Part shown: in pieces, positions 1 through 9,716 of the stretch | Position numbering within the stretch: position 1 is the first letter of the stretch | Layout of the letters: each line of letters starts with the position of its first letter | From: a virus | Strand: one strand, 5' to 3' | IMG/VR virus record: IMGVR_UViG_3300045988_120629 | DNA length: 35,502 nt | Notes under the pieces: model-generated | Seen by the model: only the letters and a program-made list of their open reading frames with translations | Told to the model about the DNA's origin: nothing | Databases searched by the model: none | Program-made: the position numbers and the translations under genes

Positions 1-108
1 AATGGTTAGGACGACAACTTAATATAGTTATAAAAGAAGATGGAAAGGAGAATTAAAATGATTTGTAACTGCAAAAAATGCGTATTCCATAAAGGAGAAA
101 CAGAGTGC
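1..108. repeat. Terminal overlap, copy 1 (identical to 35395..35502); indicates a circular or terminally redundant genome
   Basis: Read directly: aatggttaggacgacaactt...aaaggagaaacagagtgc occurs at both ends of the window, 108/108 identical. Confidence 0.95.
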
Positions 109-258
109 CTATTACCGAAAAGCGAAAATTTTCAAGTTACGATGAATGACAGAGTAATATCGTGTCTTAATAATATTAAAGACGAAAACGACTTGTCGGC
201 AGAAGGTAAAAAAAAATTGAAAAGTGTCCGGAATATGTACCGGATAAAGCAAGCATAG
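58..258 (+). CDS. Hypothetical small Cys-rich protein
   Basis: Track ORF 40..258. The ATG at 58 is preceded by AAGGAG (45..50) at 7-nt spacing. N-terminus is MICNCKKC. No family recognised. The start lies inside the terminal overlap. Confidence 0.5.
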   Translation: MICNCKKCVFHKGETECLLPKSENFQVTMNDRVISCLNNIKDENDLSAEGKKKLKSVRNMYRIKQA

Positions 259-293
259 GGGAAATTGATTGTAAGTATTGAGGAGGTACAAGA

Positions 294-791
294 ATGAACC
301 GAAAAGAAACAACCGAATTTTTGAGCAAGTTACTCGTCCAAAGAAAATTAGCGGGCAAATACTACGCCTCCGAAGTTACACTTGACTTCGGATGCGGCAA
401 AGGTAAAGAAAAGCGTGTTGATTTCGTGCAATTTATACCAAGAAATCAAACCACAAGCGGAATTGAAAAAGGCGAATTTGTTTTCTATGAGGTGAAAAGC
501 TGTAAGGCTGATTACCACAGTGGCAACGGATTGACATTTGAGGGCGAAAGGAATTACATTGTTACGACAATGGAAACCTACAAACAAATAATCAAAGACA
601 AACCGTGGGAAGTGGGTGTATATGTGGCGTGTCCCGAGGACAGAGATATTGTTGACGAGTTTGAAAATCCAACGCCATTAGATGATATAACGGTGTGGTG
701 GACGTTAAAAATCGCAATGGAGGCACACCCAAAGGACCGTCAAAGGTCAATGTCGCAGTTATTATTTTATATGCTAAGGTCGGGAAAGTGA
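294..791 (+). CDS. PD-(D/E)XK-fold nuclease, MmcB-like
   Basis: RBS GAGGAGG lies upstream. RVDFVQF ... FYEVKSCKADYHS matches the D...E-x-K core and the E-[IV]-K-x-S/C-x-A-D signature I associate with the MmcB family. Confidence 0.5.
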   Translation: MNRKETTEFLSKLLVQRKLAGKYYASEVTLDFGCGKGKEKRVDFVQFIPRNQTTSGIEKGEFVFYEVKSCKADYHSGNGLTFEGERNYIVTTMETYKQIIKDKPWEVGVYVACPEDRDIVDEFENPTPLDDITVWWTLKIAMEAHPKDRQRSMSQLLFYMLRSGK

Positions 792-800
792 GGTACAGTA

Positions 801-950
801 ATGACGGTACAAGAATTACAAGAATTTGCGAACGAATTAATTGAAGTTGGCAAGGGCGATTATATAGTGGTGGCGGGTGAAGGATATTCATATGTAACCG
901 AAGAAAGTATAGAAGTTGACGACAGAGAAAAAGAAATCACAATATATTGA
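801..950 (+). CDS. Hypothetical small acidic protein (49 aa)
   Basis: Below the track cutoff. ATG at 801 follows GTGAGGT. Hand translation: MTVQELQEFANELIEVGKGDYIVVAGEGYSYVTEESIEVDDREKEITIY, stop at 948..950. It fills an otherwise empty gap. Confidence 0.4.
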   Translation: MTVQELQEFANELIEVGKGDYIVVAGEGYSYVTEESIEVDDREKEITIY

Positions 951-1000
951 GAGAGGGAAAAAGAAATGAGAAAAAGATTGAAAAAAGAGGAGACCCAAAA

Positions 1001-1351
1001 ATGAGAAAGACATATTGTTCAGTATGTGGAAAAATGATGAACGAAAAAATCGACGAAAACAGTGGTAAACCGTTTAAAATACAAATGTGTTCCGTGAGCT
1101 GTATCAGCGAGGCGTGGCATAATGTCACCGAGGCACTGAAAAAAGGTGTACGTCCCGAATGGGTGTACATCTGCAACGGTGAACAACCGCAACCACAGTC
1201 AAGAAGTAACAATAAACGGTATATATATCACAACAGAATTGTGTTTTTGCAAAACCAAGGGTTCACGATTAAAGAAATAAGCGAAGAATTAAATATCGCG
1301 GTAGCGACGGTATACGGGTCGCTAAAACAGTACGGAAATGAAATGATATAA
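1001..1351 (+). CDS. Zinc-finger plus C-terminal HTH protein (putative regulator)
   Basis: Internal ATG of ORF 947..1351, preceded by AAGAGGAG (985..992). CSVCG...CSVSC motif. C-terminus FLQNQGFTIKEISEELNIAVATVYGSL looks like a sigma-70 region 4 / LuxR-type HTH. Confidence 0.5.
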   Translation: MRKTYCSVCGKMMNEKIDENSGKPFKIQMCSVSCISEAWHNVTEALKKGVRPEWVYICNGEQPQPQSRSNNKRYIYHNRIVFLQNQGFTIKEISEELNIAVATVYGSLKQYGNEMI

Positions 1352-1373
1352 AAAATGAGGGAGAAATAAGCGA

Positions 1374-1706
1374 ATGAGAAAATATAAATCAAAATTTATG
1401 AAACCATACATACGAAAATTAAAGGCGGGTGATTTGAAACGCATAACGTCACAAATGACATTTCAAGCACTGTTCAATGAATGTATTATCGATTATGCAC
1501 GTCGGTACAAAAAACAGGTTTATGTACTGACGTTTGCCGGAAGTCGTGATATTTTAGATGTCAGTATGAACAAAAAAAAGTTAAGAAATTCTATTGTTGC
1601 GATTGATACATCAAACAGAGAATATAACATAATACGGAATTCGTGGAAACGGTCAATACAAAGAATGAAACAAAATGACAGAAGAAAAAACGGAGGAAAT
1701 CAATGA
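1374..1706 (+). CDS. Hypothetical protein (basic)
   Basis: RBS GAGGGAG lies upstream. Co-directional with neighbours, with an ATGA overlap to the next ORF. Confidence 0.5.
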   Translation: MRKYKSKFMKPYIRKLKAGDLKRITSQMTFQALFNECIIDYARRYKKQVYVLTFAGSRDILDVSMNKKKLRNSIVAIDTSNREYNIIRNSWKRSIQRMKQNDRRKNGGNQ

Positions 1707-1855
1707 AAAGATTAATCAATCCAAACCGCCGGCAGAAACTATTTCTTGCCGAACACGGTTTAAAATCGGAAAATTGGAAAATTGAAAAAGAAACACCGGA
1801 ATATTTGTATATAGTCAGTAAAAACGGACAACACAGGCTGTTAAACAAAAACTAA
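1703..1855 (+). CDS. Hypothetical small protein (50 aa)
   Basis: ATGA start/stop overlap with the previous gene, RBS GGAGGA. Hand translation begins MKRLINPNRRQKLFLAEHGLKSENWKIEKETPEYLYIVSKNGQHRLLNKN. Confidence 0.45.
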   Translation: MKRLINPNRRQKLFLAEHGLKSENWKIEKETPEYLYIVSKNGQHRLLNKN

Positions 1856-1890
1856 AAATTGCAATCGATTACGGAACAGGGGGCATATCA

Positions 1891-2298
1891 TTGACGCAAA
1901 AAGAATTACAGGAATACAGAAAAATAATGCGAAATGCAGAGAGCATTGAATATCAGATACAGAAATTGCAGTCGCAAATAAACAAAGTGACGGCAATCGT
2001 CAATGATATGCCACGCGGCGGAAAGTCAACCGATAAATCCGAATTGATTTGCAAATTGATTGATTTACAGGAACAATATAAAACAGAATATTCAACGGCG
2101 GCGGAAAAGTTGAAAACAATCGAGACTGCGATTGCGCAGCTGTCTGACCCACAGGAACAGGCGGTACTGCGATATAAATACATATTAGGACTGAATGAAA
2201 ATAAAATCTGTCAGAAAATGCATTTTGAGAAAACAAAAATATACGAAATTCATAAAACAGCGTTAAAAAATTTGCAAAAAAATAAAAACGCGGAGTAA
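1891..2298 (+). CDS. Late-gene transcriptional activator, sigma-like HTH (DUF1492/ArpU/RinA-like)
   Basis: TTG start after CAGGGGG. The pattern coiled coil ... DMPRGGKS ... QEQAVLRYKYILGL ... IYEIHKTALKNL matches the DUF1492-type small sigma-like activators found just upstream of packaging genes. Confidence 0.65.
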   Translation: MTQKELQEYRKIMRNAESIEYQIQKLQSQINKVTAIVNDMPRGGKSTDKSELICKLIDLQEQYKTEYSTAAEKLKTIETAIAQLSDPQEQAVLRYKYILGLNENKICQKMHFEKTKIYEIHKTALKNLQKNKNAE

Positions 2299-2377
2299 AA
2301 CGGAGTATATTTCGTGTTATTATAGTAATGTGAAAAATTCACAATAGGGTTTTCTCCTTTTTTTTCTATCAATCGGG

Positions 2378-2407
2378 AACCGCCGTAGCGTGTAAACGGC
2401 GGTTTTT
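2378..2407 (+). terminator. Rho-independent terminator after the late activator gene
   Basis: AACCGCCG (2378..2385), loop, CGGCGGTT (2397..2404), followed by a T-run to 2407. Confidence 0.7.
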
Positions 2408-2441
2408 GATTGCAAATTTTTAAAGGAATGGGGACGTTGAA

Positions 2442-3983
2442 ATGGAACTGTTACAATTAGTTGAAAAATTCAAGAGTGTTTTCAGCATAGAAAAAATTGA
2501 AGATGTTGTTGATGAATTAAAATCAACATTGTTAAATGCGGAAAAGTGTCGAAAGCTATGCGAAGATTGGATTTTAATATGTCCCGATTTAACAATAGAT
2601 TATATGCAAATGATATTTCAATATTATTTTGCCGACCGCAAGGAAAAAATGCAAGACTACACACCGAAAAGTCTTGCGGTAGCAGTTGCAGAGTTATCAA
2701 AAACCAAAGATGAAAAAATTTGTTTAGATTTGTGTGCGGGAAGTGGAGCATTGACAATCCAAAAATGGAACGAGAATAACGATTTAAAATTTATATGCAA
2801 AGAATATGATAGTCGTGTTATTCCGTTTTTGTTGTTTAATTTGGCAATTAGAAATATTGATGCGGAAGTTATCCATTGTGATGTATTGTCAGATGAAAAT
2901 TTCAAAACATACAGGACGCAAAAGGGTGATAGATTTGCAACTGTTAAAGAGATAACTAAGAGCGAATTTAAAGCTGATTGTTGTATATCAAATCCACCGT
3001 ACAATATGAAATGGGAACAGCCGGTATTTGCACAATTACAGAATAGATTTTCACAGTGCGAAGTACCGCCGGAAAGTAATGCGAATTATGCGTTTGTATT
3101 GACTGCGTTAGATGAGATTACGGGCAAAGCAAGTTTTATATTGCCGAATGGTGTTTTAAGTACAGACAACCAAAAGGAAAAGCAAATAAGACAGTATTTA
3201 GTTGAAATGAATTTCATAGAAAGTATAATTGTATGTCCGGATAAAATGTTTGAAGTTACGTCAATACCAACGTGTATTATAACATTTAACAAAAATAAAA
3301 AACATTCAACAGTAGAAATGATTGACCTGCGGCAGAGGTATGAAACAGAACAACGAATGCAAAACGGGCAGTTTGGCGGTAAAAGTCACACTAACAGGAC
3401 ATACGCAAAAGAAGTCAAGGTTATATCTGAAAGTCAGATACAAGATGTATTGATACAGATTGAACAGTACGGAAACATAGCGGGTTACTGCAAGGCAGTA
3501 AGCATTGAAGAAATAAAAAATAATAATTATGTATTGGTGCCAAGCCGATACATAGAGTTTGAGAATATAGAAAATGCACATAGACCGTATAATGAAATAG
3601 TTGCGGATATTAACAGAATTATAACTGAAAAAAATAATTGTAAACTAACAATAAACGAAACAATCGCCAAGTCTTTAGGATTTGACATTGAGCTGTTTAA
3701 GCAGGACAACAGTACAAATAATGATTTTTCAAAATTGACAGAAAAAATATGTGGTGAAAAGATTGTTAAAAATGATTATTTTAAAACAACCAAAAATAAA
3801 AACGAAATAACATTTTCAAACAACAGCAAAGAAAACATTTCAAGTATTCTTATGATGATATTTAACACGTGGAAACAACACATATATTATCTAAATCTTG
3901 AAGAAAACAGATATTTAGCAGAGTTACGGGACGCACTGTTGCCGGAGCTGATGAGTGGCAAGATAGATATAAGTGATATATGA
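2442..3983 (+). CDS. Orphan N6-adenine DNA methyltransferase, HsdM-like, with a fused HsdS-like specificity/C-terminal helix region
   Basis: Motifs DYTPKSL, LDLCAGSGALT (motif I) and CCISNPPYNMKW (motif IV, NPPY). The C-terminus LRDALLPELMSGKIDISD resembles the conserved HsdS C-terminal helix. No nuclease partner gene is nearby. Confidence 0.85.
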   Translation: MELLQLVEKFKSVFSIEKIEDVVDELKSTLLNAEKCRKLCEDWILICPDLTIDYMQMIFQYYFADRKEKMQDYTPKSLAVAVAELSKTKDEKICLDLCAGSGALTIQKWNENNDLKFICKEYDSRVIPFLLFNLAIRNIDAEVIHCDVLSDENFKTYRTQKGDRFATVKEITKSEFKADCCISNPPYNMKWEQPVFAQLQNRFSQCEVPPESNANYAFVLTALDEITGKASFILPNGVLSTDNQKEKQIRQYLVEMNFIESIIVCPDKMFEVTSIPTCIITFNKNKKHSTVEMIDLRQRYETEQRMQNGQFGGKSHTNRTYAKEVKVISESQIQDVLIQIEQYGNIAGYCKAVSIEEIKNNNYVLVPSRYIEFENIENAHRPYNEIVADINRIITEKNNCKLTINETIAKSLGFDIELFKQDNSTNNDFSKLTEKICGEKIVKNDYFKTTKNKNEITFSNNSKENISSILMMIFNTWKQHIYYLNLEENRYLAELRDALLPELMSGKIDISDI

Positions 3984-4007
3984 ACGGCGGAAAGAGGTGA
4001 AAAATAA

Positions 4008-4412
4008 ATGAGAAAAAGCTGTCCGTACTGTGGACGTATTCACGACGTTATGTACAAATGCCCACAGGCAAAGCGTAGGCAGAGCCGAAATAAAAAAACG
4101 TATGAATATGACAGATACAGAAATACAATTTCGTGGCAACGCAAACGCAATGAGATAAAAGAACGTGATATGAATATGTGTCAAATATGCGTTCGTGGAT
4201 TGTATAAATACGGTGCACGTCAATACAATACGAACGGTATCAGTGTTCATCACATTGTACCACTTAAAGACAATTACGAACTGCGTGATGAAAACAGTAA
4301 CTTAATCAGCCTTTGCGACTGCCACCATAAAATGGCAGACAGCGGCGAAATTCCGAAAAAAGTATTGCAGAAAATCGCATTAGAGCAGGAACAGACACCC
4401 CCCGGCCATTAG
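4008..4412 (+). CDS. HNH endonuclease (terminase-associated)
   Basis: CPYCG ... CQIC ... VHHIVPL ... NLISLCDCHH. Position is immediately upstream of terS/terL, as in HK97-like cos phages. Confidence 0.85.
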   Translation: MRKSCPYCGRIHDVMYKCPQAKRRQSRNKKTYEYDRYRNTISWQRKRNEIKERDMNMCQICVRGLYKYGARQYNTNGISVHHIVPLKDNYELRDENSNLISLCDCHHKMADSGEIPKKVLQKIALEQEQTPPGH

Positions 4413-4523
4413 AATTTTTTCGGCTGGGGGATTTGTACAGGAAACAGGGGGTATAAGCACGCAAAAAATTCCCAAAATGAAATTTTAAATTAAAATTCAA
4501 AAAATACGAGAGGTGAGGGAGGT

Positions 4524-4994
4524 ATGGCACGACCGGCGAAATCGGTAAAAACACAATCACGACACAACACAAAATCGGAAGAAAAACAACGTCAAGAAGT
4601 CGAAGAGAAAATTCGCGGGAAAGCTGATAACCTCCGACCTCCGACGTATTTGTCGAACAATCAAAAAAAGATTTTCCGAAAGATAAAAAAGGAATTGGAC
4701 GAGAGCGGAATTTTGAGTAATTTGGACGTGTATATTTTAACTCAATTTTCTATTGCAGTTGACCGATTACAGGATATAGAACGCAAAATAAATGATGATT
4801 TTTCATTGATTTTTAATAAAGATTTTATGGCAAGTAAGGACAAATACACAAAAGATTTGTACCGTTGTTGTAATGAATTGTGTCTGTCACCGCAGGCACG
4901 AGCAAAGATAGGCAGTTTAAATTTAACGGCGAGCAAAAACAAAGAGGACCCGCTGTTAAATGCACTGAAAGAGGCGAACGAATATGATGGATAG
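4524..4994 (+). CDS. terS: Terminase small subunit, P27 family
   Basis: RBS GAGGTGAGGGAGG. N-terminus MARPAKSVK..., then PPTYLSNNQKKIFRKI..LDVYILTQFS typical of the P27 family. Overlaps the terL start. Confidence 0.8.
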   Translation: MARPAKSVKTQSRHNTKSEEKQRQEVEEKIRGKADNLRPPTYLSNNQKKIFRKIKKELDESGILSNLDVYILTQFSIAVDRLQDIERKINDDFSLIFNKDFMASKDKYTKDLYRCCNELCLSPQARAKIGSLNLTASKNKEDPLLNALKEANEYDG

Positions 4995-6672
4995 AGAACA
5001 CAAAGCGTATAGATATGCGCAAGACGTTTGCGACGGAAAAATCAACGCGCCGAAATACGTCAAACTGCAATGCAAAGAATTTTTGCAAATTGCAGATGAG
5101 CAAGACAACGAGTTTTGCATATCAAAGAAAAAAGTTCGACTGATAGACAAACTATTAAAATTAATGATTATGCCGTCGGGAATGGCAAAAAATCAAACTG
5201 TATACGAAAGTCTTGCGGGTTTTCAGTTTTTTCTGATTATCTCGGTATTGTGTACGGTATACAGGGGAAATAAAAATAAACGAAAATATGAAACAGCATT
5301 ATTGGAAATATGCCGAAAGAACGGTAAGACAATTATTATCGGCGTCATTTTCATACTGCTGTTTTTTTGTGAACCGAAATTTTCAAAGTTCTATTCGGTC
5401 GCACCGGACGGAACATTGTCAAGAGAAGTGAAAACGGCAATCCGAGAGATTATATTGTCAAGTCCTGCATTAATGGATAGGTTCAAAATTCGTAGGGATG
5501 ATATTAAATGTCTGCTGAATGAGAATGTATATATCCCGTTGAACTATTCCAACTCAAGACTTGACGGACGTCTGCCAAACGCATTTTTGGCGGACGAAGT
5601 GGGAGCATTACCGAACCCGTATGCGATTGAGGCAATGCGTTCAGGACAGTTGACAATACTGAATAAATTAGGCTGTATCATTAGCACTAAATACCCGACG
5701 TTCGATAATCCGTTCGAGGACGAAGTACAGTATGCGAAAAACGTTTTGGACGGAGTAATCAATGACAACAAAGTTTTTGCGTTGCTGTATGAACCGGACA
5801 ACACCAAAGAAGATGAATGGATGAGGGACGACGGAATATTGGAGCAGTCCAATCCGTTAGCGTTAGAAATCCCAAGCATAATGAAAGATTTGAAAGACAA
5901 CAGGGAACGTGCTATACAAATGCCGAGCCGCCGTGAAAATTTTGTTACAAAGCACTGCAACATAATTTATCAAGGAATAGGAACTGAAAGCTATATTGAC
6001 GTTGCAGACGTAAAGGCGTGTCGATTAGAGAACGGCGAGATTGATTGGACCGGATTAGACGTTTATATTGGTGTCGATTTGGCGGAAACAACAGATAACT
6101 GTGCCGTTGTAATGGTGGCATATGTTGACGGAGTGGTTTATTGCGAGCCACTGGCATTTATACCCGAGGCACGGACAGACGAAAAAAGTGCGACGGAACG
6201 TGTGGATTACAGGCATTTTATAAAACAAATGCAGTGCGTGGCGTGCGGTGACAGAGTTGTCGATTACGCGGTTATTGAAGAATATGTAATGAAGATTGAA
6301 GAACAGTACGGCGTCAAAATCATTGATATTGGATATGACCGACGCAATGCAATGTCGTCGGCACAAAAATGGGAGCGTGCCGGCTATAACGTGACGGAAG
6401 TAGAGCAACACTCACGAACTTTGCACGCACCGACAAAACTGTTAAAGGAATGTATTTTAAACCACCAATTTTTATACAAGGCAAACGAATTGTACGAAAT
6501 CAATTACCAAAATGCAAAATGTACAGAAGATACGAACAAAAACAAGTACGTCAATAAAAAACGTTCTGCGGGCAAGGTTGATATGGTTGTCGCTACAATC
6601 ATAGCCGTGTACATAATGCAACAACACGAAATTTTCGACACCGGATTAGATTGGGGCATACAAACAGCATAA
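4984..6672 (+). CDS. terL: Terminase large subunit (Terminase_1-like)
   Basis: 562 aa. Walker-A-like CRKNGKT, LADEVGA ATPase core, C-terminal nuclease region with VGVDLAETTDNCAV. Synteny is terS-terL-portal. Confidence 0.9.
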   Translation: MMDREHKAYRYAQDVCDGKINAPKYVKLQCKEFLQIADEQDNEFCISKKKVRLIDKLLKLMIMPSGMAKNQTVYESLAGFQFFLIISVLCTVYRGNKNKRKYETALLEICRKNGKTIIIGVIFILLFFCEPKFSKFYSVAPDGTLSREVKTAIREIILSSPALMDRFKIRRDDIKCLLNENVYIPLNYSNSRLDGRLPNAFLADEVGALPNPYAIEAMRSGQLTILNKLGCIISTKYPTFDNPFEDEVQYAKNVLDGVINDNKVFALLYEPDNTKEDEWMRDDGILEQSNPLALEIPSIMKDLKDNRERAIQMPSRRENFVTKHCNIIYQGIGTESYIDVADVKACRLENGEIDWTGLDVYIGVDLAETTDNCAVVMVAYVDGVVYCEPLAFIPEARTDEKSATERVDYRHFIKQMQCVACGDRVVDYAVIEEYVMKIEEQYGVKIIDIGYDRRNAMSSAQKWERAGYNVTEVEQHSRTLHAPTKLLKECILNHQFLYKANELYEINYQNAKCTEDTNKNKYVNKKRSAGKVDMVVATIIAVYIMQQHEIFDTGLDWGIQTA

Positions 6673-6687
6673 GGGAGTGAAAGAAAA

Positions 6688-7905
6688 ATGTGGAAAAGAA
6701 AATTTTTTAGACGTGCGGCGGAAGATAGCGGTACAAACATCATTGAATTAATCGCAGGTGTAAGCGATACGATTTCAAAAGACGAGGCTATGAGCATTCC
6801 GACCGTGACAAGTTGTGTAAATTTCATAGCCAATACAATAGCAATGTTGCCGATAGTTCTGAAAGATATTAACGGCGGCGGTAATGTCGAAGATGATTTC
6901 AGAGTTCATCTGTTAAACAGTGAAACAGGCGATAAATTAGACGCATTTCAGATGAAAACGGCGTGGTTATCTGATGTTCTGACAGACGGTGAGGGATATA
7001 TTTTTATCAACCGAAATCGAAACGCCGTTAAAAGTCTGCACTATGTGAAATCGTCAAAAGTTTCCGTAATCGAGGGAACAGACCCGATATTTAAAGATTA
7101 TGACATAATGGTGAACGGTCAGAAATACTGCGATTGGGAGTTTTTAAAACTGACACGTCGCAGTGAAAATGGAGCTACAGGCAAAGGCATAATCGAAGAA
7201 AACAATAAGATGTTGTCAGTGGCATACAACACGTTAAAATTTGAAAACAGTCTTGTCAAATCCGGCGGCAAAAAAGGTTTTTTACAATCGGAAAAACGAT
7301 TAGAGGAATCGGCATTAACCAAATTAAAAAGAACGTGGCAACGATTTTACAGAAACAACGAAGAGAACATAATGGTGTTAAACAACGGTTTAAAATTCAC
7401 AGAGGCGTCATTGTCAAGTGTGGAAATGCAGTTGAAAGAAAACAAAGAGGCAAACGCGATTGAAATAGCAAAGTTATTCAACCTGTCCCCTGAAATAATC
7501 AACGGGACGTGCAGTGATGAAAACTATAACAACGGTATCAAATCGGCAATTTTGCCGATTATCAAAGCCATTGAAACGGCACTGAATAAAGATTTGCTAC
7601 TGCAAAGTGAATACGGCAAGTTGTCATTTTCGATAGATACCAAGACACTGTTAAAAGGCGATATGCAAAAGAGATATGCCGCATATGAAACAGGTATTAA
7701 AAACAATTTCATTCAAATAGATGAAGTCCGAGAAATGGAAGGATTACCGCCATTAGGTTTGGATTTTGTCAAATTGGGATTAAACGACGTTTTATACTAC
7801 CCGCAAAAGGGACAAGTATATACACCAAACACAAATCAGACAGTAGATGTCGAGGAAATGAAAGGGGGTGTTAAAGGTGATAAGAGTGGAAATACGAGCG
7901 AATAG
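6688..7905 (+). CDS. Portal protein, HK97 family
   Basis: 405 aa, directly after terL, with RBS AAGGGAG. Length and sequence character fit Phage_portal. Confidence 0.85.
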   Translation: MWKRKFFRRAAEDSGTNIIELIAGVSDTISKDEAMSIPTVTSCVNFIANTIAMLPIVLKDINGGGNVEDDFRVHLLNSETGDKLDAFQMKTAWLSDVLTDGEGYIFINRNRNAVKSLHYVKSSKVSVIEGTDPIFKDYDIMVNGQKYCDWEFLKLTRRSENGATGKGIIEENNKMLSVAYNTLKFENSLVKSGGKKGFLQSEKRLEESALTKLKRTWQRFYRNNEENIMVLNNGLKFTEASLSSVEMQLKENKEANAIEIAKLFNLSPEIINGTCSDENYNNGIKSAILPIIKAIETALNKDLLLQSEYGKLSFSIDTKTLLKGDMQKRYAAYETGIKNNFIQIDEVREMEGLPPLGLDFVKLGLNDVLYYPQKGQVYTPNTNQTVDVEEMKGGVKGDKSGNTSE

Positions 7906-8524
7906 CGTTCATATTGAGGGCTATGTTTGTGCGACCGGACGTGACAGCCGTCCGATTTCGTCAAGTCACGGCAAGTTCATAGAACGTGTAGAACCGAAAA
8001 CATTCGCAAAGTCGTTAAGACGAAATCCAAACGTTGAATTACGTTTTAATCACAGAGCGGATAAAATTTTGGGTTCGACAGAAACAGGTGAATTGCAACT
8101 GCGTGAAGATAATATCGGATTGTTTGCGTCGTGTGACGTAGCAGACCCCGAAGTTATCGAAAAGGCCAACAAAGGCGAGTTACGCGGTTGGAGTTTTGGT
8201 TTCTATAGTTGTGCTGACGAATGGAAAGACGCTGACGACGGTATGCAACACCGATATTTGAAGGACATTGATATGTCCGAAGTATCAATTCTAAGTGTTA
8301 CACCGGCATACATAGCAACAAGCATTGAACAACGTTCAGACCAAGAAAAAGCATTTGAAAGACGAAGTTATGAGGACGAAAGTCAAGTCGTTAAAGAAAC
8401 AGCAAAGCAAGAGAAGAAAGAAAAGAACGACGAGGACGAAGAAGAAAAACGTGCATTAATTTCACGTTACAAACACGAAGTTGAGTTTTTAAAGATGAAA
8501 GGCGGACAATACAATGAAAAGTAA
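7877..8524 (+). CDS. Prohead maturation protease, HK97 family (S78/U35)
   Basis: Track ORF 7868..8524. The GTG at 7877 has better spacing from AAAGGGGG (7861..7868). EGYVCATGRDS..., Lys/Glu-rich C-terminal tail, positioned between portal and capsid genes. Confidence 0.8.
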   Translation: MIRVEIRANSVHIEGYVCATGRDSRPISSSHGKFIERVEPKTFAKSLRRNPNVELRFNHRADKILGSTETGELQLREDNIGLFASCDVADPEVIEKANKGELRGWSFGFYSCADEWKDADDGMQHRYLKDIDMSEVSILSVTPAYIATSIEQRSDQEKAFERRSYEDESQVVKETAKQEKKEKNDEDEEEKRALISRYKHEVEFLKMKGGQYNEK

Positions 8525-9704
8525 AAAGCAAATATTTAGAGATTTTGAAAGAAAAGCTGCAAGAAAATTTGAAACAAGAGCATTACCGGATTTGATTGAA
8601 CAACGTAATAATCTGGTTGAGGAAATGGAAAACATCATCAAAGACGCAGAAAAGGAAACAAGAGCGTTGACAGATGATGAAACATCAAGATTTGATGAAA
8701 TCAAAAAAGAAATTGACGGAATTGATAAAACATTAAAAGCACAAAATGAGGCAAGAAGTTTGTCAAGTGCTGAATTTGGCGGAGCAAAAAAAGAGAATAT
8801 GGAACAACGTGCGGCGGATGAGGCAAAATTTGAAAAGTTCCTAAGAGGTGAAACAAGGGCGCTAAGCACGTCAGCAGACAGCGGAAAAGCCTTGATTCCA
8901 ACGACAATCGCTGACCGTATTATCGAAAGAGTGAAAGAATTATCACCTATTTACAGTATGGCGACAATATACAACGTTGGCGGTAATTTGTCGTTCCCTG
9001 TTTACGACGATACAACTGATACAGGTGCTACATTAGTGGAAGATATGCAGGAATTGACCGAAAGTTCGGGTAAATTCACGACAATAACACTTGAAAACTA
9101 TATTGTCGGCGTATTGAAACTGATTTCTAAATCATTAATCAATCAGAGCGGTTTTGATTTGGTATCATTTACAATCAATAAAGTAGCTGAAAATATTGCA
9201 GAATTTCTTGAAAAGGGATTGTTAAACGGTCAAAAAAATAAATATCAAGGTGTATTTGAAACAACGAATTTAGTTACATCAGCAAGTGCAAAGGATATTA
9301 TAGCTGATGAATTGATTGACGTTCAAATGACAGTGCCACAGCAGTTCCAACAAAATGCGTGCTGGATTATGAACAAAGAAACACTGGCACAAATCCGAAA
9401 GTTAAAGGATAACGAGGGTAATTACATACTAAACCGCGATATTACAAAAGAGTTCGGTTGGGAGCTGTTGGGTAAGCCTGTATACGTTTCAGAAAATGCA
9501 CCTAAAATCGCGGCAAGCACAACAACTATTGTATATGGCGATATGTCCGGTTTGTATGTCAAATTAGCCAACGCTATGGAAATCAACGTACTACTTGAAA
9601 AATATGCGACACAATACGCAATCGGTGTATGCGGTTACACTGAATTTGACAGTAAAATCGTTGAAAGCCAAAAAATCGCAGGTTTGAAAATGAAAGCTGC
9701 ATAA
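8514..9704 (+). CDS. Major capsid protein, HK97 family, with N-terminal coiled-coil delta/scaffold region
   Basis: 396 aa. Coiled-coil N-terminus followed by an HK97-like fold region (ALIPTTIADRIIERVKELSPIY...). Synteny supports the call. Confidence 0.9.
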   Translation: MKSKKQIFRDFERKAARKFETRALPDLIEQRNNLVEEMENIIKDAEKETRALTDDETSRFDEIKKEIDGIDKTLKAQNEARSLSSAEFGGAKKENMEQRAADEAKFEKFLRGETRALSTSADSGKALIPTTIADRIIERVKELSPIYSMATIYNVGGNLSFPVYDDTTDTGATLVEDMQELTESSGKFTTITLENYIVGVLKLISKSLINQSGFDLVSFTINKVAENIAEFLEKGLLNGQKNKYQGVFETTNLVTSASAKDIIADELIDVQMTVPQQFQQNACWIMNKETLAQIRKLKDNEGNYILNRDITKEFGWELLGKPVYVSENAPKIAASTTTIVYGDMSGLYVKLANAMEINVLLEKYATQYAIGVCGYTEFDSKIVESQKIAGLKMKAA

Positions 9705-9716
9705 TAGGTGGCAGAT

